A stretch of DNA of 64,000 nt from Myxococcota bacterium (GCA_965247115.1 CBDFGR010000002.1:2080001-2144000); one strand, 5' to 3'; counted from the first letter of the stretch, positions 1-9,499 are shown. Program-made: numbers and translations. Notes: generated by a model from the sequence alone, not told the origin.

Positions 1-518
1 GTGTCCGTCTTCGCGAGCATGGCGAAGGTGTTGCCGTGGCGGGCATTCGTGATCCACATCTTGGTGCCGTTCACCACGTAGTGGTCGCCAACGCGCCGCG
101 CGGTGGTGCGGATCGCCTGCACGTCGGTGCCGGCATCGGCCTCGGAGAGTGCGAGGCCGCCTCTCCGCTCACCCGTTGCGAAGCGCGGCAGCCACGCGCG
201 CTTCTGCTCCTCGGTCCCGAAGTACAGCACGGCGTGGGCCATGATCAGGTGCGAGTTGATCACGCCGGCGATCGAGATCCAGCCCCGAGCCAGCTCTTCG
301 ATGACGAGGGCGTAGGTCGTGTGGTCGAGACCGATCCCGCCGTAGGCTTCCGGGATGGTTGCGCCGAAGAGCCCGAGCTCCTTCAGGCGCTCGACGATTG
401 CAGTTGGGTACTCGTCGCGGTGATCGAGCTCACTGGCGACCGGCGCGACCTCGATATCGACGAACTTGCGCACGGTCTCGACGATCAGTCGCTGATCTTC
501 ACTGAGGTCCAGGAGCAT
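1..518 (-). CDS. Acyl-CoA dehydrogenase, 5' part (runs off the window start)
   Basis: Manual minus-strand translation from ATG 518: MLLDLSEDQRLIVETVRKFV...GLFGATIPEAYGGIGLD...LALSEADAGTDV...NGTKMWITN, typical ACAD motifs; GGGAGAG upstream. Confidence 0.88.
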   Translation of the reverse strand, partial: MLLDLSEDQRLIVETVRKFVDIEVAPVASELDHRDEYPTAIVERLKELGLFGATIPEAYGGIGLDHTTYALVIEELARGWISIAGVINSHLIMAHAVLYFGTEEQKRAWLPRFATGERRGGLALSEADAGTDVQAIRTTARRVGDHYVVNGTKMWITNARHGNTFAMLAKTD

Positions 519-617
519 CGTTACTCTCCCCGGCTACGGATGGCGCGGGCCAGACGTATGATGGCAGGATCGGGCGGCTATCTAAAGCCCGCCGCTCATC
601 TGGGGTACGCTCTCGGC

Positions 618-1814
618 ATGCCACCAGAACAGACCCTCCCGGACGGTCGCGAGCATCCCCTCTCCGACGTGCGCGTCATCGATCTCACCCAGTACGAGGC
701 GGGTCCCTCCGCGACCCAGCTCCTCGCATGGCTCGGCGCGGATGTGATCAAGGTGGAGCCTCCCGGCGGCGACCCTGCGCGACAGCTCGCAGGGGCGACG
801 CCGGAACGCGACAGCGCGTTCTTCGTGCTCTACAACCAGAGCAAGCGGAGCGTCGTGCTCGATCTGGCCAAGGACGGGGGGCGTAGGCAGCTCGACCGAC
901 TGCTCGAGAGCGCGGACGTTCTGGCCGAGAACTTCGCGCCCGGCACCCTCGCGCGGCTCGGCCTGGCGCCCGAGCGGCTCGGTGAGGCGTTCCCGCGTCT
1001 GGTCGTCGCCTCGATCCGCGGCTACCGCTCCGGGGGGCCGTGGTCGGACTACAAGTCGCTCGATTTTGTCGGACAGGCCACTGGGGGCGGGATGAGCGTC
1101 ACCGGCGAGGCCGATCGGCCCCCCGTCCGCATGGGTTCGACCGTCGCAGACAGCGGCAGCGGTGTGCACCTCGCGCTCGGGATCCTGGCCGCTCTGCACC
1201 GGCGCTTTCGCACGGGCCGTGGGGGCCGCGTTGAGGTCGCGCTGCAGGACGCCGTACTGAACCTGACGCGCACGGCGCTCGTGCCCACCTACGTAACGGG
1301 CGCACCGAACGTGCGCAGCGGCGACCGCTACGTCGGATCCGCGCCGAGCGGTGTGTTCGCCTGCCGGCCGGGCGGGCCGAACGACTACGTCTACATCCTG
1401 CTCTCGTCACGGCGCCACTGGGAGGCGCTGCTGCGCGCGATCGAGCGCCAGGACCTGCGAGACGATCCGCGCTACGCGCGCCAGTCGCAGCGCAACGCCC
1501 GTGAGGACGAGGTCTGCGAGATCGTCAGTGCCTGGACGCGTCGTCACGACAAGATCGCGGCCATGGAGCGCCTGTCGGAGTTCGGCGTGGCCTGCGGGGC
1601 GGTGCTCGATACGGGAGAAGTGCTGCAGAACCGGCACCTGCGCGAATCCGGCATGATCGTGGAGCAGGATCAGCCGGGCTGGGGGCGCCTTGCGCTACCG
1701 GGCTGCCCCATTCGGCTGGACGGCCCGCCGCCGCCGATCACCCCAGCACCCGCTCTGGGCGCCGATACGGGGGAGCTGCTCGACGAGCTCGACGAGGGCA
1801 GTGACGATGCCTAG
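618..1814 (+). CDS. Family III (CaiB/BaiF, formyl-CoA transferase-like) CoA-transferase
   Basis: PLSDVRVIDLTQYEAGPSATQLLAWLGADVIKVE, ENFAPG, VADSGSG; the real start is probably ATG 618 inside ORF 36..1814. Confidence 0.9.
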   Translation: MPPEQTLPDGREHPLSDVRVIDLTQYEAGPSATQLLAWLGADVIKVEPPGGDPARQLAGATPERDSAFFVLYNQSKRSVVLDLAKDGGRRQLDRLLESADVLAENFAPGTLARLGLAPERLGEAFPRLVVASIRGYRSGGPWSDYKSLDFVGQATGGGMSVTGEADRPPVRMGSTVADSGSGVHLALGILAALHRRFRTGRGGRVEVALQDAVLNLTRTALVPTYVTGAPNVRSGDRYVGSAPSGVFACRPGGPNDYVYILLSSRRHWEALLRAIERQDLRDDPRYARQSQRNAREDEVCEIVSAWTRRHDKIAAMERLSEFGVACGAVLDTGEVLQNRHLRESGMIVEQDQPGWGRLALPGCPIRLDGPPPPITPAPALGADTGELLDELDEGSDDA

Positions 1815-1968
1815 TTCCCGAATCGATACCGGAGCTTGACTACGAAATTCTCGACAATGGGATCTTTGAAGGCATCGCTGAATAGATTGGAGAAATTGGA
1901 GTCACCGCTTCGCAGCAGGCTGTTGCCCAGGTTGTAGACCAGATAGAGATCCGTCAGGGGAGCTATCT
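1811..1968 (-). pseudogene. C-terminal fragment of an outer-membrane beta-barrel protein (DUF5916-like)
   Basis: ...PLTDLYLVYN...NFVVKLRYRFGN*, an amphipathic terminal strand; its stop overlaps the CoA-transferase stop in CTAG; fused to a BVMO fragment. Confidence 0.45.
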
Positions 1969-2533
1969 CCCAGAGCTGTACGTGTTCCAGCGCACGCCCT
2001 CCTCGGTTGACATCAAGAACGATTGGCCCACCGATCCCAACTGGGCCCGGAAGCTCACGCCCGGGTGGCAGGCAAGGCGGCGCGCGGCTGCGCTCAAGGA
2101 GCCGGAGCTCAGTCCCGAGCAAAAGGAGAAGATCGCTTCGCTGTCACGCGAGGAGAAGATCCGGAGGCAAGAGAACGCGAACATCGATGCCATGATGCGA
2201 ATCCACAGGCGCATCGATGAGATCGTGAAGGACCCAGAGACGGCGGACGCACTCAAGCCCTGGTACATGCTATGTGCAAGCGACCATGCTTCGACAACGA
2301 CTACCTTCCCACGTACAACCGGCCCAACGTCCACCTGGTGGACACCAAGGGCAAGGGCATCACGGAGATCAACGCGGCCGGACCGATCTTCGACGGGAAG
2401 GCCTACGAGCTCGACCTCCTTATTTGCGCCACGGGCTTCGAAGTGCAGAAGACCGGCATCTACAACCAGATACGGGGCGTCGACGGCCTCGATCTGAACG
2501 AGAAGTACGGCGACGGAATTCGCACCCTCCTAG

Positions 2534-3808
2534 CAGGCTGCGGAGAAAGTGACTGGTTGAGGGGTGGTCCTTCCGACGAGGGGGTTCACCGGCCGAGGGG
2601 CGGGGCGCGATTCCCGGTTCGAACCGGTCTTGGGCTCCGCTGATCGCGGGGCGGTTTCGCACATGACCTACGTGGCCTCCAGCAGCTTGCGGATCCGGAT
2701 CAGGTTGTAGGCTGCGGCCGTGAAGGTGAAGACCCAGCCGACCCGATCCGTGCCGCGGTGTCGGGTCTTGCGCATCAGCCCCACGGTCTTCATCCAGCCG
2801 AAGACCTCTTCCACCCGTTTGCGAAAACGCTGACTCAGTTCGTAGCCCCGGTGGCGCGTCGTCCGCCCGTCGATCGCGCTGCGTCGATTCGTCGTGTTCT
2901 GCGCCACGTGTGGGGTCACGCCCAACTCTCGAAGCTCTTCCACGAACCCCTTCGTGTCGAAGCCCTTGTCTCCGCCCAATGTCCTCCGACGCCCGCCTCC
3001 CAGACCTTCCACCATCTCGAGCGCCGCTTCGCGCTCCGCATATCCCGACGCCTGCGTGAGCTTCGCCGCGACCACCAAGCCGTTCCGGTTCTCCGTCACC
3101 ACGTGTCCCTGGTACGCGAGTCGGGCGCCTTGGCCTCTCATACCGGCGAGTCGTGCGTCGGGATCCGTCGTCGACGCATGCGTCTGGTTGCTCCGCTTCT
3201 CGCCTCGGAAGTTCACCGTCGGGTTGCCCGGGTCATCGTCGTCTCTCCGTTCCTCGTCCTTCCGTACGAAGCTCTTCTGGCTCGCCCACGCCTCGATCAG
3301 CGTCCCGTCTACCGTGAAGTGCTCCAACGACACCCATCCCTCGGTCTCGGCCTGCTCCAGCACTGCGTCGAAGAAGTGCTCGGCAATCTCGCCCTTGAGC
3401 AGCCGGTCTCGGTTCTTCGTGAACACCGTGGCGCTGAACACCACCTCGTCAAGCTCCAGACCCACGAACCAGCGATACAGCAGGTTGTACTCCAGCTGCT
3501 CCACCAGCTGCCGCTCGCTCCGGATGGTGTAGAGCACCTGCAGCAGCAGGGCGCGCAGCAGCTGCTCCGGGGGCACGGACGGGCGCCCTACGCCTCTGGC
3601 GTAGATCGCGTCGAAGCGCGGCGATAGCCGCTGCAGCGCCGTGTCGACCATGCGCCGCATCGCTCGAAGCGGATGATCATCCGGAATCCGCGACTCCAGC
3701 GACACGTAGCTGAACATCCCGCCCTGAAGCGTCCCCTGTCCTCTCACGCCTCCCCCTTTGGGGCTCGCTCCCAAGGTACCCTTCGATGAGGAGTTTTTCA
3801 GCAGCCTG
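2534..3808 (-). mobile_element. IS5-family insertion sequence, copy 1 (1275 bp, CTAG duplication)
   Basis: Ends CAGGCTGCGGAGAAAGT and (reverse complement) CAGGCTGCTGAAAAACT; CTAG at 2530-2533 and 3809-3812. Confidence 0.93.
2668..3747 (-). CDS. IS5-family DDE transposase (DUF772 plus DDE domain)
   Basis: HPLR, GRPSVPPEQLLRALLLQ, VDGTLIEA, GDKGFD, RKRVEEVFGWMK; GTG 3747 follows GGGGGAGG. Confidence 0.92.
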   Translation of the reverse strand: MRGQGTLQGGMFSYVSLESRIPDDHPLRAMRRMVDTALQRLSPRFDAIYARGVGRPSVPPEQLLRALLLQVLYTIRSERQLVEQLEYNLLYRWFVGLELDEVVFSATVFTKNRDRLLKGEIAEHFFDAVLEQAETEGWVSLEHFTVDGTLIEAWASQKSFVRKDEERRDDDDPGNPTVNFRGEKRSNQTHASTTDPDARLAGMRGQGARLAYQGHVVTENRNGLVVAAKLTQASGYAEREAALEMVEGLGGGRRRTLGGDKGFDTKGFVEELRELGVTPHVAQNTTNRRSAIDGRTTRHRGYELSQRFRKRVEEVFGWMKTVGLMRKTRHRGTDRVGWVFTFTAAAYNLIRIRKLLEAT

Positions 3809-4641
3809 CTAGGCGTTCACTCGCAGGGCTACCCGAACCTGTTCATCATGGGCGGCTATCAGGCGTCTTTTCGCTTCAACTTGACCGACGTTCTTCAGAC
3901 CCAGGGGGACCACATTGCGGCGTGCATTCACCACGCCCGGACCCACGGTTACCAGTCGATCGATGCGACGCCCCAGGCCGAGGAGTGGTGGGTGCAGGAG
4001 GTCATCGCGAACCGCGGCAAGACCTCTCGTAGCCAAGACTGCACGCCGGGCTACTACAACTTCGAAGGCGAGTTTCAGCGCAGGCAGGACGGCAACTACA
4101 ACGGCAGCTATCCCCAGTACCTCGCCCACGTAAAAAACGTGGGGGCGAACATCGAAGAGAACTTCGTCTTTACGAAGAGGTAGGCCTGGAACCGCTAGGC
4201 GAGCTCGCGGCCCTTCAGGTCTCCCTTCGCGCGCCACTTGCCTATGGATGACGGGGAGGCGGCGACCCACAAGCGCTGCGAAACCCCGAAGTCCCGGGAG
4301 ATCTATGCGATGTCAGCGTGCCGTTGTCACCGGCGTATCGAAACGAATCGTTTCGTCGCCCGCGGCGAGCGTCAGATGGCCAGCACCCGTAAATCGCTCG
4401 CTGGCGGCGACGGATAACGGGTCGACGTACGCAACGAGCATCTTGGGATCCACGCCCCATGGTATGCTCGCGCGCTTCATCGGCAATTCGGGGGATCCAA
4501 CCGGCGTTCAAGTGTGCATGCGGGTCCACAGGACCTGATCATGGCGGAGCCGATTGTTCGGCACTGCCTCAGTCTGAAATCTTGAGCGGCTGATCTCCCG
4601 CTACCGGACCATGCTGCATTTCTCTATCCTTGGCGCTAAGC

Positions 4642-4878
4642 ATGGCGAAGCGGACAAAGAAGAAGCGCCCCCGAGACGTGATCGGAAACGCCGTGCGCGT
4701 GATGCGGGTCGCGACTGGTGAGGAAGACGCGGAGACGGCGGAGGAGACCGAGGAAAGCCCTGCTGCCCAGCTCGGCCGGAAGGGCGGCGAGGCCCGGGCG
4801 AAGCGTCTGACTTCTGAGCAGCGGCGCGAGATCGCCAAGAAGGGCGCGGCGGCTCGCTGGGGCAAGCGTAAGGAATAA
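4642..4878 (+). CDS. Small basic protein with KGG-like motifs (IS accessory, possibly nucleic-acid binding)
   Basis: KKRPRDVIGNAVRVMRVATGE...AAQLGRKGGEARAKRLTSEQRREIAKKGAAARW. Confidence 0.75.
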   Translation: MAKRTKKKRPRDVIGNAVRVMRVATGEEDAETAEETEESPAAQLGRKGGEARAKRLTSEQRREIAKKGAAARWGKRKE

Positions 4879-4960
4879 TCCGAGGAATATTCCTCTTGAC
4901 TTTGGGTCGCTCTCTGGCGAAACTCCTGGCATCGCGCGACTGCACGATGGGGGTGAGCCA

Positions 4961-5512
4961 ATGACCAAGCGACCGATGATCGAGGTGATGGCTTGCATGG
5001 ATCCTTATCTCGATGACCTCAATGCGATCTGCCACGAGGCCGTGACGACGTATCAGGGAAAGGAATATAGCGATCGCGTCCGTTTGGAGCACACCCCAAG
5101 CACTCAGGCGAACTGCATCCACTCGCACATGGTCGCCGGCGCCCATCGCCTTCTCTCGGACCGGCCCGGTATCAGATTCCTCGAAGTGCGGGGTCTGAAC
5201 ATCTGGCTCTTCGGCTCGGAAGTGATCGTGAGGTTCAAGAAAATGGATCCCAGTGGACGGTCGCAAAACTACCAGACGCAGCAGGCAAAGGACTATGACG
5301 GCGGTGATGATCTGCCCGGCGTTCCACCGCCAGCTTGTCGGGTGACCGTTGGCTACGTGCTCGACCCACCGGGCTCTGGGATTCGCCGAGTTCAAGTCGC
5401 GCGTCCTTTCGGGCAGCAGGTCGAATGGTGTGCGGCGATCGTGCCTCCAGACGGGCGTCTGCCGGGAGCGCGGCTCTGGATCGATGTGACAAGTCAAAGG
5501 AATTTCGGCTAA
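4961..5512 (+). CDS. 183-aa hypothetical protein, putative toxin partner of the downstream HTH-peptidase
   Basis: Clean ORF with GGGGGTGAG upstream; VRFKKMD...SQNYQTQQ; 21 bp before the XRE-ImmA gene. Confidence 0.7.
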   Translation: MTKRPMIEVMACMDPYLDDLNAICHEAVTTYQGKEYSDRVRLEHTPSTQANCIHSHMVAGAHRLLSDRPGIRFLEVRGLNIWLFGSEVIVRFKKMDPSGRSQNYQTQQAKDYDGGDDLPGVPPPACRVTVGYVLDPPGSGIRRVQVARPFGQQVEWCAAIVPPDGRLPGARLWIDVTSQRNFG

Positions 5513-5533
5513 CTCATTCCGCGGAGCGGCACC

Positions 5534-6631
5534 GTGGACGAGTTCAATCATGAAATGCTCATCCTCGCGCGTGAAGCGCGAGGCTTCACGCAAAGTGCGC
5601 TGGCAATGCGTATCTCTGTCGGGCAGGGCACGCTCTCGAAGTTCGAGACAGGAGTCGCGCAGCCTCAACGCAGGACCGTCACCGCTCTGGCCCGCGCTCT
5701 CGGCTATCCAGAGGCGTTTTTCCGCGAGCCTGGACATGCCTACGGATTCCCGCCGTTCCATTACCGAAGGCGCAAGAAGCTGTCGGCGAAGGCGCTCGGT
5801 CGGATCATCGCGGAGATGAACATTCGGAGGCTTCACGTCCGCAAGCTTGCGCTCTCCTACCCCCCTCCTGCGAGCACCCTCATCCCCGAGATCGACATGG
5901 ATGAGTACCAGGGAACCGACAGCCGCGTGCCTTCCGCGGAGGATGTTGCGCGGTCAGTCCGCGAGGCTTGGATGCTCTCCAGTGGGCCAGTGCCGAACAT
6001 GATGGAGTTGATCGAGCAGAACGGCGGCATCGTGGTTCCCTTCGCGTTCAAGACCGCGCTGCTCGACGCGATGAGCCAGCGTATCGACGGAATGCCAGTT
6101 CTGTTCTTCGTGAACGTCAATTCACCTGCGGACCGGGTTCGCTACACGCTGGCCCACGAGTTGGGCCATATGTGCTTGCACACGACGGCACTCAAGAGCG
6201 ACGAAGAGATGGAGCGTGAGGCCGACGCGTTCGCGGGTGCGTTTCTCTTGCCTGCCGACGAGATCAAATCACAGCTACGACGCTTCGACCTCAGACACGT
6301 CGCGAACATGAAGGCGTATTGGAAGGTCGCCATGCAGGCGATCGCCGTGCGTGCTCATCGACTGAATCTCATCACGCCGTACCAGTACAAGATGTTCTGG
6401 ATCGAGATGGGGAAACTCGGCTATCGCCGACGCGAGCCGAACGAGCCCCTGCGCGAGACTCCGACGCTTCTGCACAGGATGGTTGCGTTCCATCGGAGCG
6501 AGCTTGGCTACTCGGTCGAAGATATGGCGAAACTACTCTGCCTCGAAGTGCCCGAATTTACGCTGATGTACGGGGCAGACGCCCCGTATGAGCCCGAAGT
6601 GGGTCGCAATCATCTTCGCCTCGTAAAGTGA
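5534..6631 (+). CDS. XRE-family HTH fused to ImmA/IrrE (peptidase M78) Zn metallopeptidase
   Basis: N-terminal AREARGFTQSALA...LSKFETG HTH; RVRYTLAHELGH (HExxH) and EREADAFAGAFLLP. Confidence 0.92.
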   Translation: MDEFNHEMLILAREARGFTQSALAMRISVGQGTLSKFETGVAQPQRRTVTALARALGYPEAFFREPGHAYGFPPFHYRRRKKLSAKALGRIIAEMNIRRLHVRKLALSYPPPASTLIPEIDMDEYQGTDSRVPSAEDVARSVREAWMLSSGPVPNMMELIEQNGGIVVPFAFKTALLDAMSQRIDGMPVLFFVNVNSPADRVRYTLAHELGHMCLHTTALKSDEEMEREADAFAGAFLLPADEIKSQLRRFDLRHVANMKAYWKVAMQAIAVRAHRLNLITPYQYKMFWIEMGKLGYRRREPNEPLRETPTLLHRMVAFHRSELGYSVEDMAKLLCLEVPEFTLMYGADAPYEPEVGRNHLRLVK

Positions 6632-6641
6632 ACTTATTTGC

Positions 6642-6670
6642 TTGACGTTAGGCATAAAAGTTCATATAAT
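6642..6670 (+). promoter_or_regulatory. Near-consensus sigma70 promoter of the transposase (probably leaderless mRNA)
   Basis: TTGACG-N17-TATAAT, with ATG 6677 only 6 nt downstream of the -10. Confidence 0.75.
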
Positions 6671-6676
6671 GAGGCT

Positions 6677-7558
6677 ATGAACAGGTTGCCCCTTGAGAAG
6701 CGCGTCCAGATCCTATCGATGCTCTGCGAGGGCTCGTCTATGCGCTCGGTTTCCCGAGTGGCAGATGTGTCGATCAACACAGTCACCAAGCTTCTGGTAG
6801 ATGCCGGAAATGCTTGCGCCGGGTTCCATGATGAGACGGTTCGCGGCGTTAGGGCGCAGCGTATCCAGTGCGACGAGATCTGGTCGTTCTGCTACGCAAA
6901 GGCCAAGAACGTCCCAAACGCAAAGTCTGCGCCCGGATATGCAGGAGATGTCTGGACCTGGACCGCACTCGATAGCGATAGCAAGCTACTTGTTTCGTAT
7001 CTGATCGGTGGTCGCGATACAGAGTATGCCGTGGCGTTCATGAACGATCTGCGTTCGCGTCTTGCCAACCGTGTGCAACTCAGCACCGACGGGCATCGCG
7101 CCTATCTGAGCGCCGTCGAGGATGCATTCGCGGACGACGTAGATTATGGACAGATCATCAAGATCTACGGAGAGCCACCGGGTCAGGACAAGCGCTATGG
7201 CCCCGCTATCTACAAGGGTACGCGCAAGTCGCGCGTGATCGGCTACCCAGATCCGCGGTACGTTTCGACTTCGCACATTGAGCGCAGCAACCTCTCATTT
7301 AGAATGCATATGCGCAGATTTACGCGGCTGACCAATGCACACTCAAAAAAGTTCGCGAATCACTGTCACATGGTCGCTCTATACACAGTCTGGTACAACT
7401 TTGCTCGGCTTCACAAGTCCATACGGATGTCGCCGGCACTGGCTGCCGGGATCTCCGATCATCTGTGGGACATGGCCGATATCGTCGGGCTGGTTGAGAA
7501 GGCCGAAGCGTCACGCTCCCGGGAGCGTGGCTCCTACCAGAAACGAGTTTCAAACTGA
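6677..7558 (+). CDS. IS1-like DDE transposase (single ORF, N-terminal HTH)
   Basis: EGSSMRSVSRVADVSINTV HTH; IQCDEIWSF, LSTDGHRAY, STSHIERSNLSFR catalytic motifs; stop lies inside the right TIR. Confidence 0.88.
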   Translation: MNRLPLEKRVQILSMLCEGSSMRSVSRVADVSINTVTKLLVDAGNACAGFHDETVRGVRAQRIQCDEIWSFCYAKAKNVPNAKSAPGYAGDVWTWTALDSDSKLLVSYLIGGRDTEYAVAFMNDLRSRLANRVQLSTDGHRAYLSAVEDAFADDVDYGQIIKIYGEPPGQDKRYGPAIYKGTRKSRVIGYPDPRYVSTSHIERSNLSFRMHMRRFTRLTNAHSKKFANHCHMVALYTVWYNFARLHKSIRMSPALAAGISDHLWDMADIVGLVEKAEASRSRERGSYQKRVSN

Positions 7559-7588
7559 GGCAGTACCGATTGTTCTAGAGGAGTCCGA

Positions 7589-8908
7589 ATGGCTGTCCCG
7601 ATACGCTACAAGATGATCGGCGTCCTCACTACGGGGACGATGATCAACTACATCGATCGCGTGAACATCTCGGTTGCCGCTCCCCAGATCATGCAGGAGA
7701 CGGGCTGGGATGAGGGGCGCTTTGGGCTGGTCTTCTCCGCGTTTCTCGTCGGGTACGCCCTCTTTCAGTATCCCGGGGGCGTCATCGCTGACCGCTGGAG
7801 CGCCCGCAGGCTTCTTGCTCTCGCCTTCTTTGGGTTTTCCTTTTTCACCGCACTCACCCCACTGGGACAGGGTGGCTTTGTGCTCCTCCTGCTCCTGCGC
7901 TTCCTTGTCGGCGGCTTCGAATCGGTCTTCTTCCCCACAGTGGCGTCCCTCAACTCGAGGTGGATCCCGCGCCAGGAGTATAGCCGCGCCCAGACCGTCG
8001 CCCTTTCTGGTTCGGCGTTGGGGCAGATGGTGGCTTACCCGTCGACCGCTTGGATCATTGAGAACTACTCGTGGGAAACCGTCTTCTACTTCAACGCCGC
8101 GCTCGGTTTCGCCTGGCTGACGCTTTGGCTGTGGTACTCCACCGACACCCCGCGTGAGCACGCTTCGGTCAGTGCGGAAGAACTGCGAGAAATCGAGGAG
8201 GGACAGGTCGCCGGGCCGACCGAGCCGACCGAACCCGCTTCTGTCCCGCTTTGGACAATCTTGAGAACGTCGTCCGTGATCTCGCTGTGCTCAAGCTACA
8301 TGCTGTATGGCTTTATCGGCTGGATCTTCATCCTGTGGTTTCCGAGCTATCTCGTCCAAGCACGAGGCTTCTCGACGATGCAGATGGGGTTGGTGGGCAT
8401 GATACCCTACGTCGCCGGTGCCATCGGCCAGATAACGGGTGGTGTTATCTCCGATGCCCTGCTCAGACGGGGCTACAGCGCCCGGACGGCGAGGGCGCGC
8501 GTTCCCGGAATCTGGGTGGGCCTCTCCGCGCCGTTTCTCCTCGCAGCGGTCTTCGTGTCGTCGGCCGCGCTCTCGGTAGTGTTGTTCGGGTTGTTCTGGT
8601 TCATGCTTTCGCTGGCGATCTCCGGCTACTGGTCGCTCCCACTCGAGCTCAATCCGCGGCTGGTCGGTGCGATCTCCGGTGTGATGAGCACCTCCGGCAA
8701 CATGGCCGGTATCTTCGGGCCCATCACAGCGGGCATCATCCTGGCCCGCACGGGCAACTGGGACCTGCCGTTCTTACTGGCGGCGGGTCTCGCGGTTCTC
8801 TCCAGCCTGATCTTCATTTTCATGGTCTCGACCAAACACGTTGAAATCCCGGTGCTTGATGCGGTCACGGCTGAGGAAGCGCGAGACCGATCTGCTCGCA
8901 CGCTCTGA
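7589..8908 (+). CDS. MFS transporter, anion:cation symporter (ACS) type
   Basis: INYIDRVNISVAAP, GGVIADRWSARR, about 12 hydrophobic segments; GAGGAG RBS. Confidence 0.9.
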   Translation: MAVPIRYKMIGVLTTGTMINYIDRVNISVAAPQIMQETGWDEGRFGLVFSAFLVGYALFQYPGGVIADRWSARRLLALAFFGFSFFTALTPLGQGGFVLLLLLRFLVGGFESVFFPTVASLNSRWIPRQEYSRAQTVALSGSALGQMVAYPSTAWIIENYSWETVFYFNAALGFAWLTLWLWYSTDTPREHASVSAEELREIEEGQVAGPTEPTEPASVPLWTILRTSSVISLCSSYMLYGFIGWIFILWFPSYLVQARGFSTMQMGLVGMIPYVAGAIGQITGGVISDALLRRGYSARTARARVPGIWVGLSAPFLLAAVFVSSAALSVVLFGLFWFMLSLAISGYWSLPLELNPRLVGAISGVMSTSGNMAGIFGPITAGIILARTGNWDLPFLLAAGLAVLSSLIFIFMVSTKHVEIPVLDAVTAEEARDRSARTL

Positions 8909-8929
8909 GAAAACCGCGCGAGTGCGGTC

Positions 8930-8972
8930 GAGCCAACGAGCGGACTCGAACCGCTGACCTGCTGATTACGAA
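8930..8972 (-). tRNA. 3' half of tRNA-Thr(CGT), an att-type scar rather than a full gene
   Basis: rc TTCGTAATCAGCAGGTCAGCGGTTCGAGTCCGCTCGTTGGCTC: anticodon loop, T arm and acceptor strand; 5' half absent. Confidence 0.8.
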
Positions 8973-9084
8973 GAGGCTCCAGGCTGCAGGACCGGCGTCT
9001 AGAGGGGAACTGAGCCGCGTCGAGGGGCGTAGTTAGGCGCCGTGGACCGAACCAGACCAAACCAGATCTCACGAGATTAGTTAT

Positions 9085-9111
9085 TGGTGGTCCCCACGGG
9101 AATCGAACCCG
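9085..9111 (-). tRNA. 3' end of a tRNA (probably Glu), att-type scar
   Basis: rc CGGGTTCGATTCCCGTGGGGACCACCA: T arm, acceptor strand and CCA. Confidence 0.65.
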
Positions 9112-9174
9112 ACGCGAAACGGCGCAAGCCTCGAAAACAAAGGACCAAGGACCCTGAAAACTTGTCGGTGACTT

Positions 9175-9394
9175 CACCTGATCGTGGACCGTGGACGAGA
9201 TGCAGATGCCGCCGGCGTCGGCCAGCGCCTCGAGGCGCGCGGCGATGTTGACCCCATCGCCGTAGATGCGGCCGCCCTCCACGCGGACGTCGCCCATGTG
9301 GATGCCCATCCGGAAGTCCATCCGGTGGTCGGCGCTCAGGCTGGCGTTGCGGGCGCGCAGGACGCGCTGTACCTCGATCGCGCAGATCACCGCG
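9175..9394 (-). pseudogene. Class III adenylate/guanylate cyclase fragment (inverted copy of about 26059..26279)
   Basis: FRMGIHMGDV...YGDGVNIAARLEALA. Confidence 0.85.
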
Positions 9395-9499
9395 ACCGCG
9401 CGCCCCCCACGGTGTAGGGGCTCGAGGGACGCGACGGCGTGTGGACCTGATCCAGTTGAGCGACGTCTCCGCGCGACCGACGGGGTGCCCCTCATCTGG

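Larger units (their letters stand above)
1975..4183 (+). pseudogene. 5'-truncated copy of a BVMO-type FAD monooxygenase with a 1-nt frameshift near 2272, interrupted by IS5
   Basis: Near-identical to 19940..21998; FQRTPS, CKRPCFDNDYL, ICATGF; reads RTLL|GVHSQGYPN across the IS. Confidence 0.9.
4560..7567 (+). mobile_element. IS1-like transporter element (3008 bp) with three passenger genes
   Basis: TIRs 4560-4579 GGCACTGCCTCAGTCTGAAA and 7548-7567 (rc GGTACTGCCTCAGTTTGAAA), 18/20 match; 8-bp TSD GATTGTTC at 4552-4559 and 7568-7575. Confidence 0.92.

Noticed and set aside
2758..3627. Long antisense and alternative-frame ORFs (also 32289..34619, 33110..34861, 59221..60549 and others)
   Set aside because: Shadow ORFs of high-GC coding sequence with no recognisable motifs.
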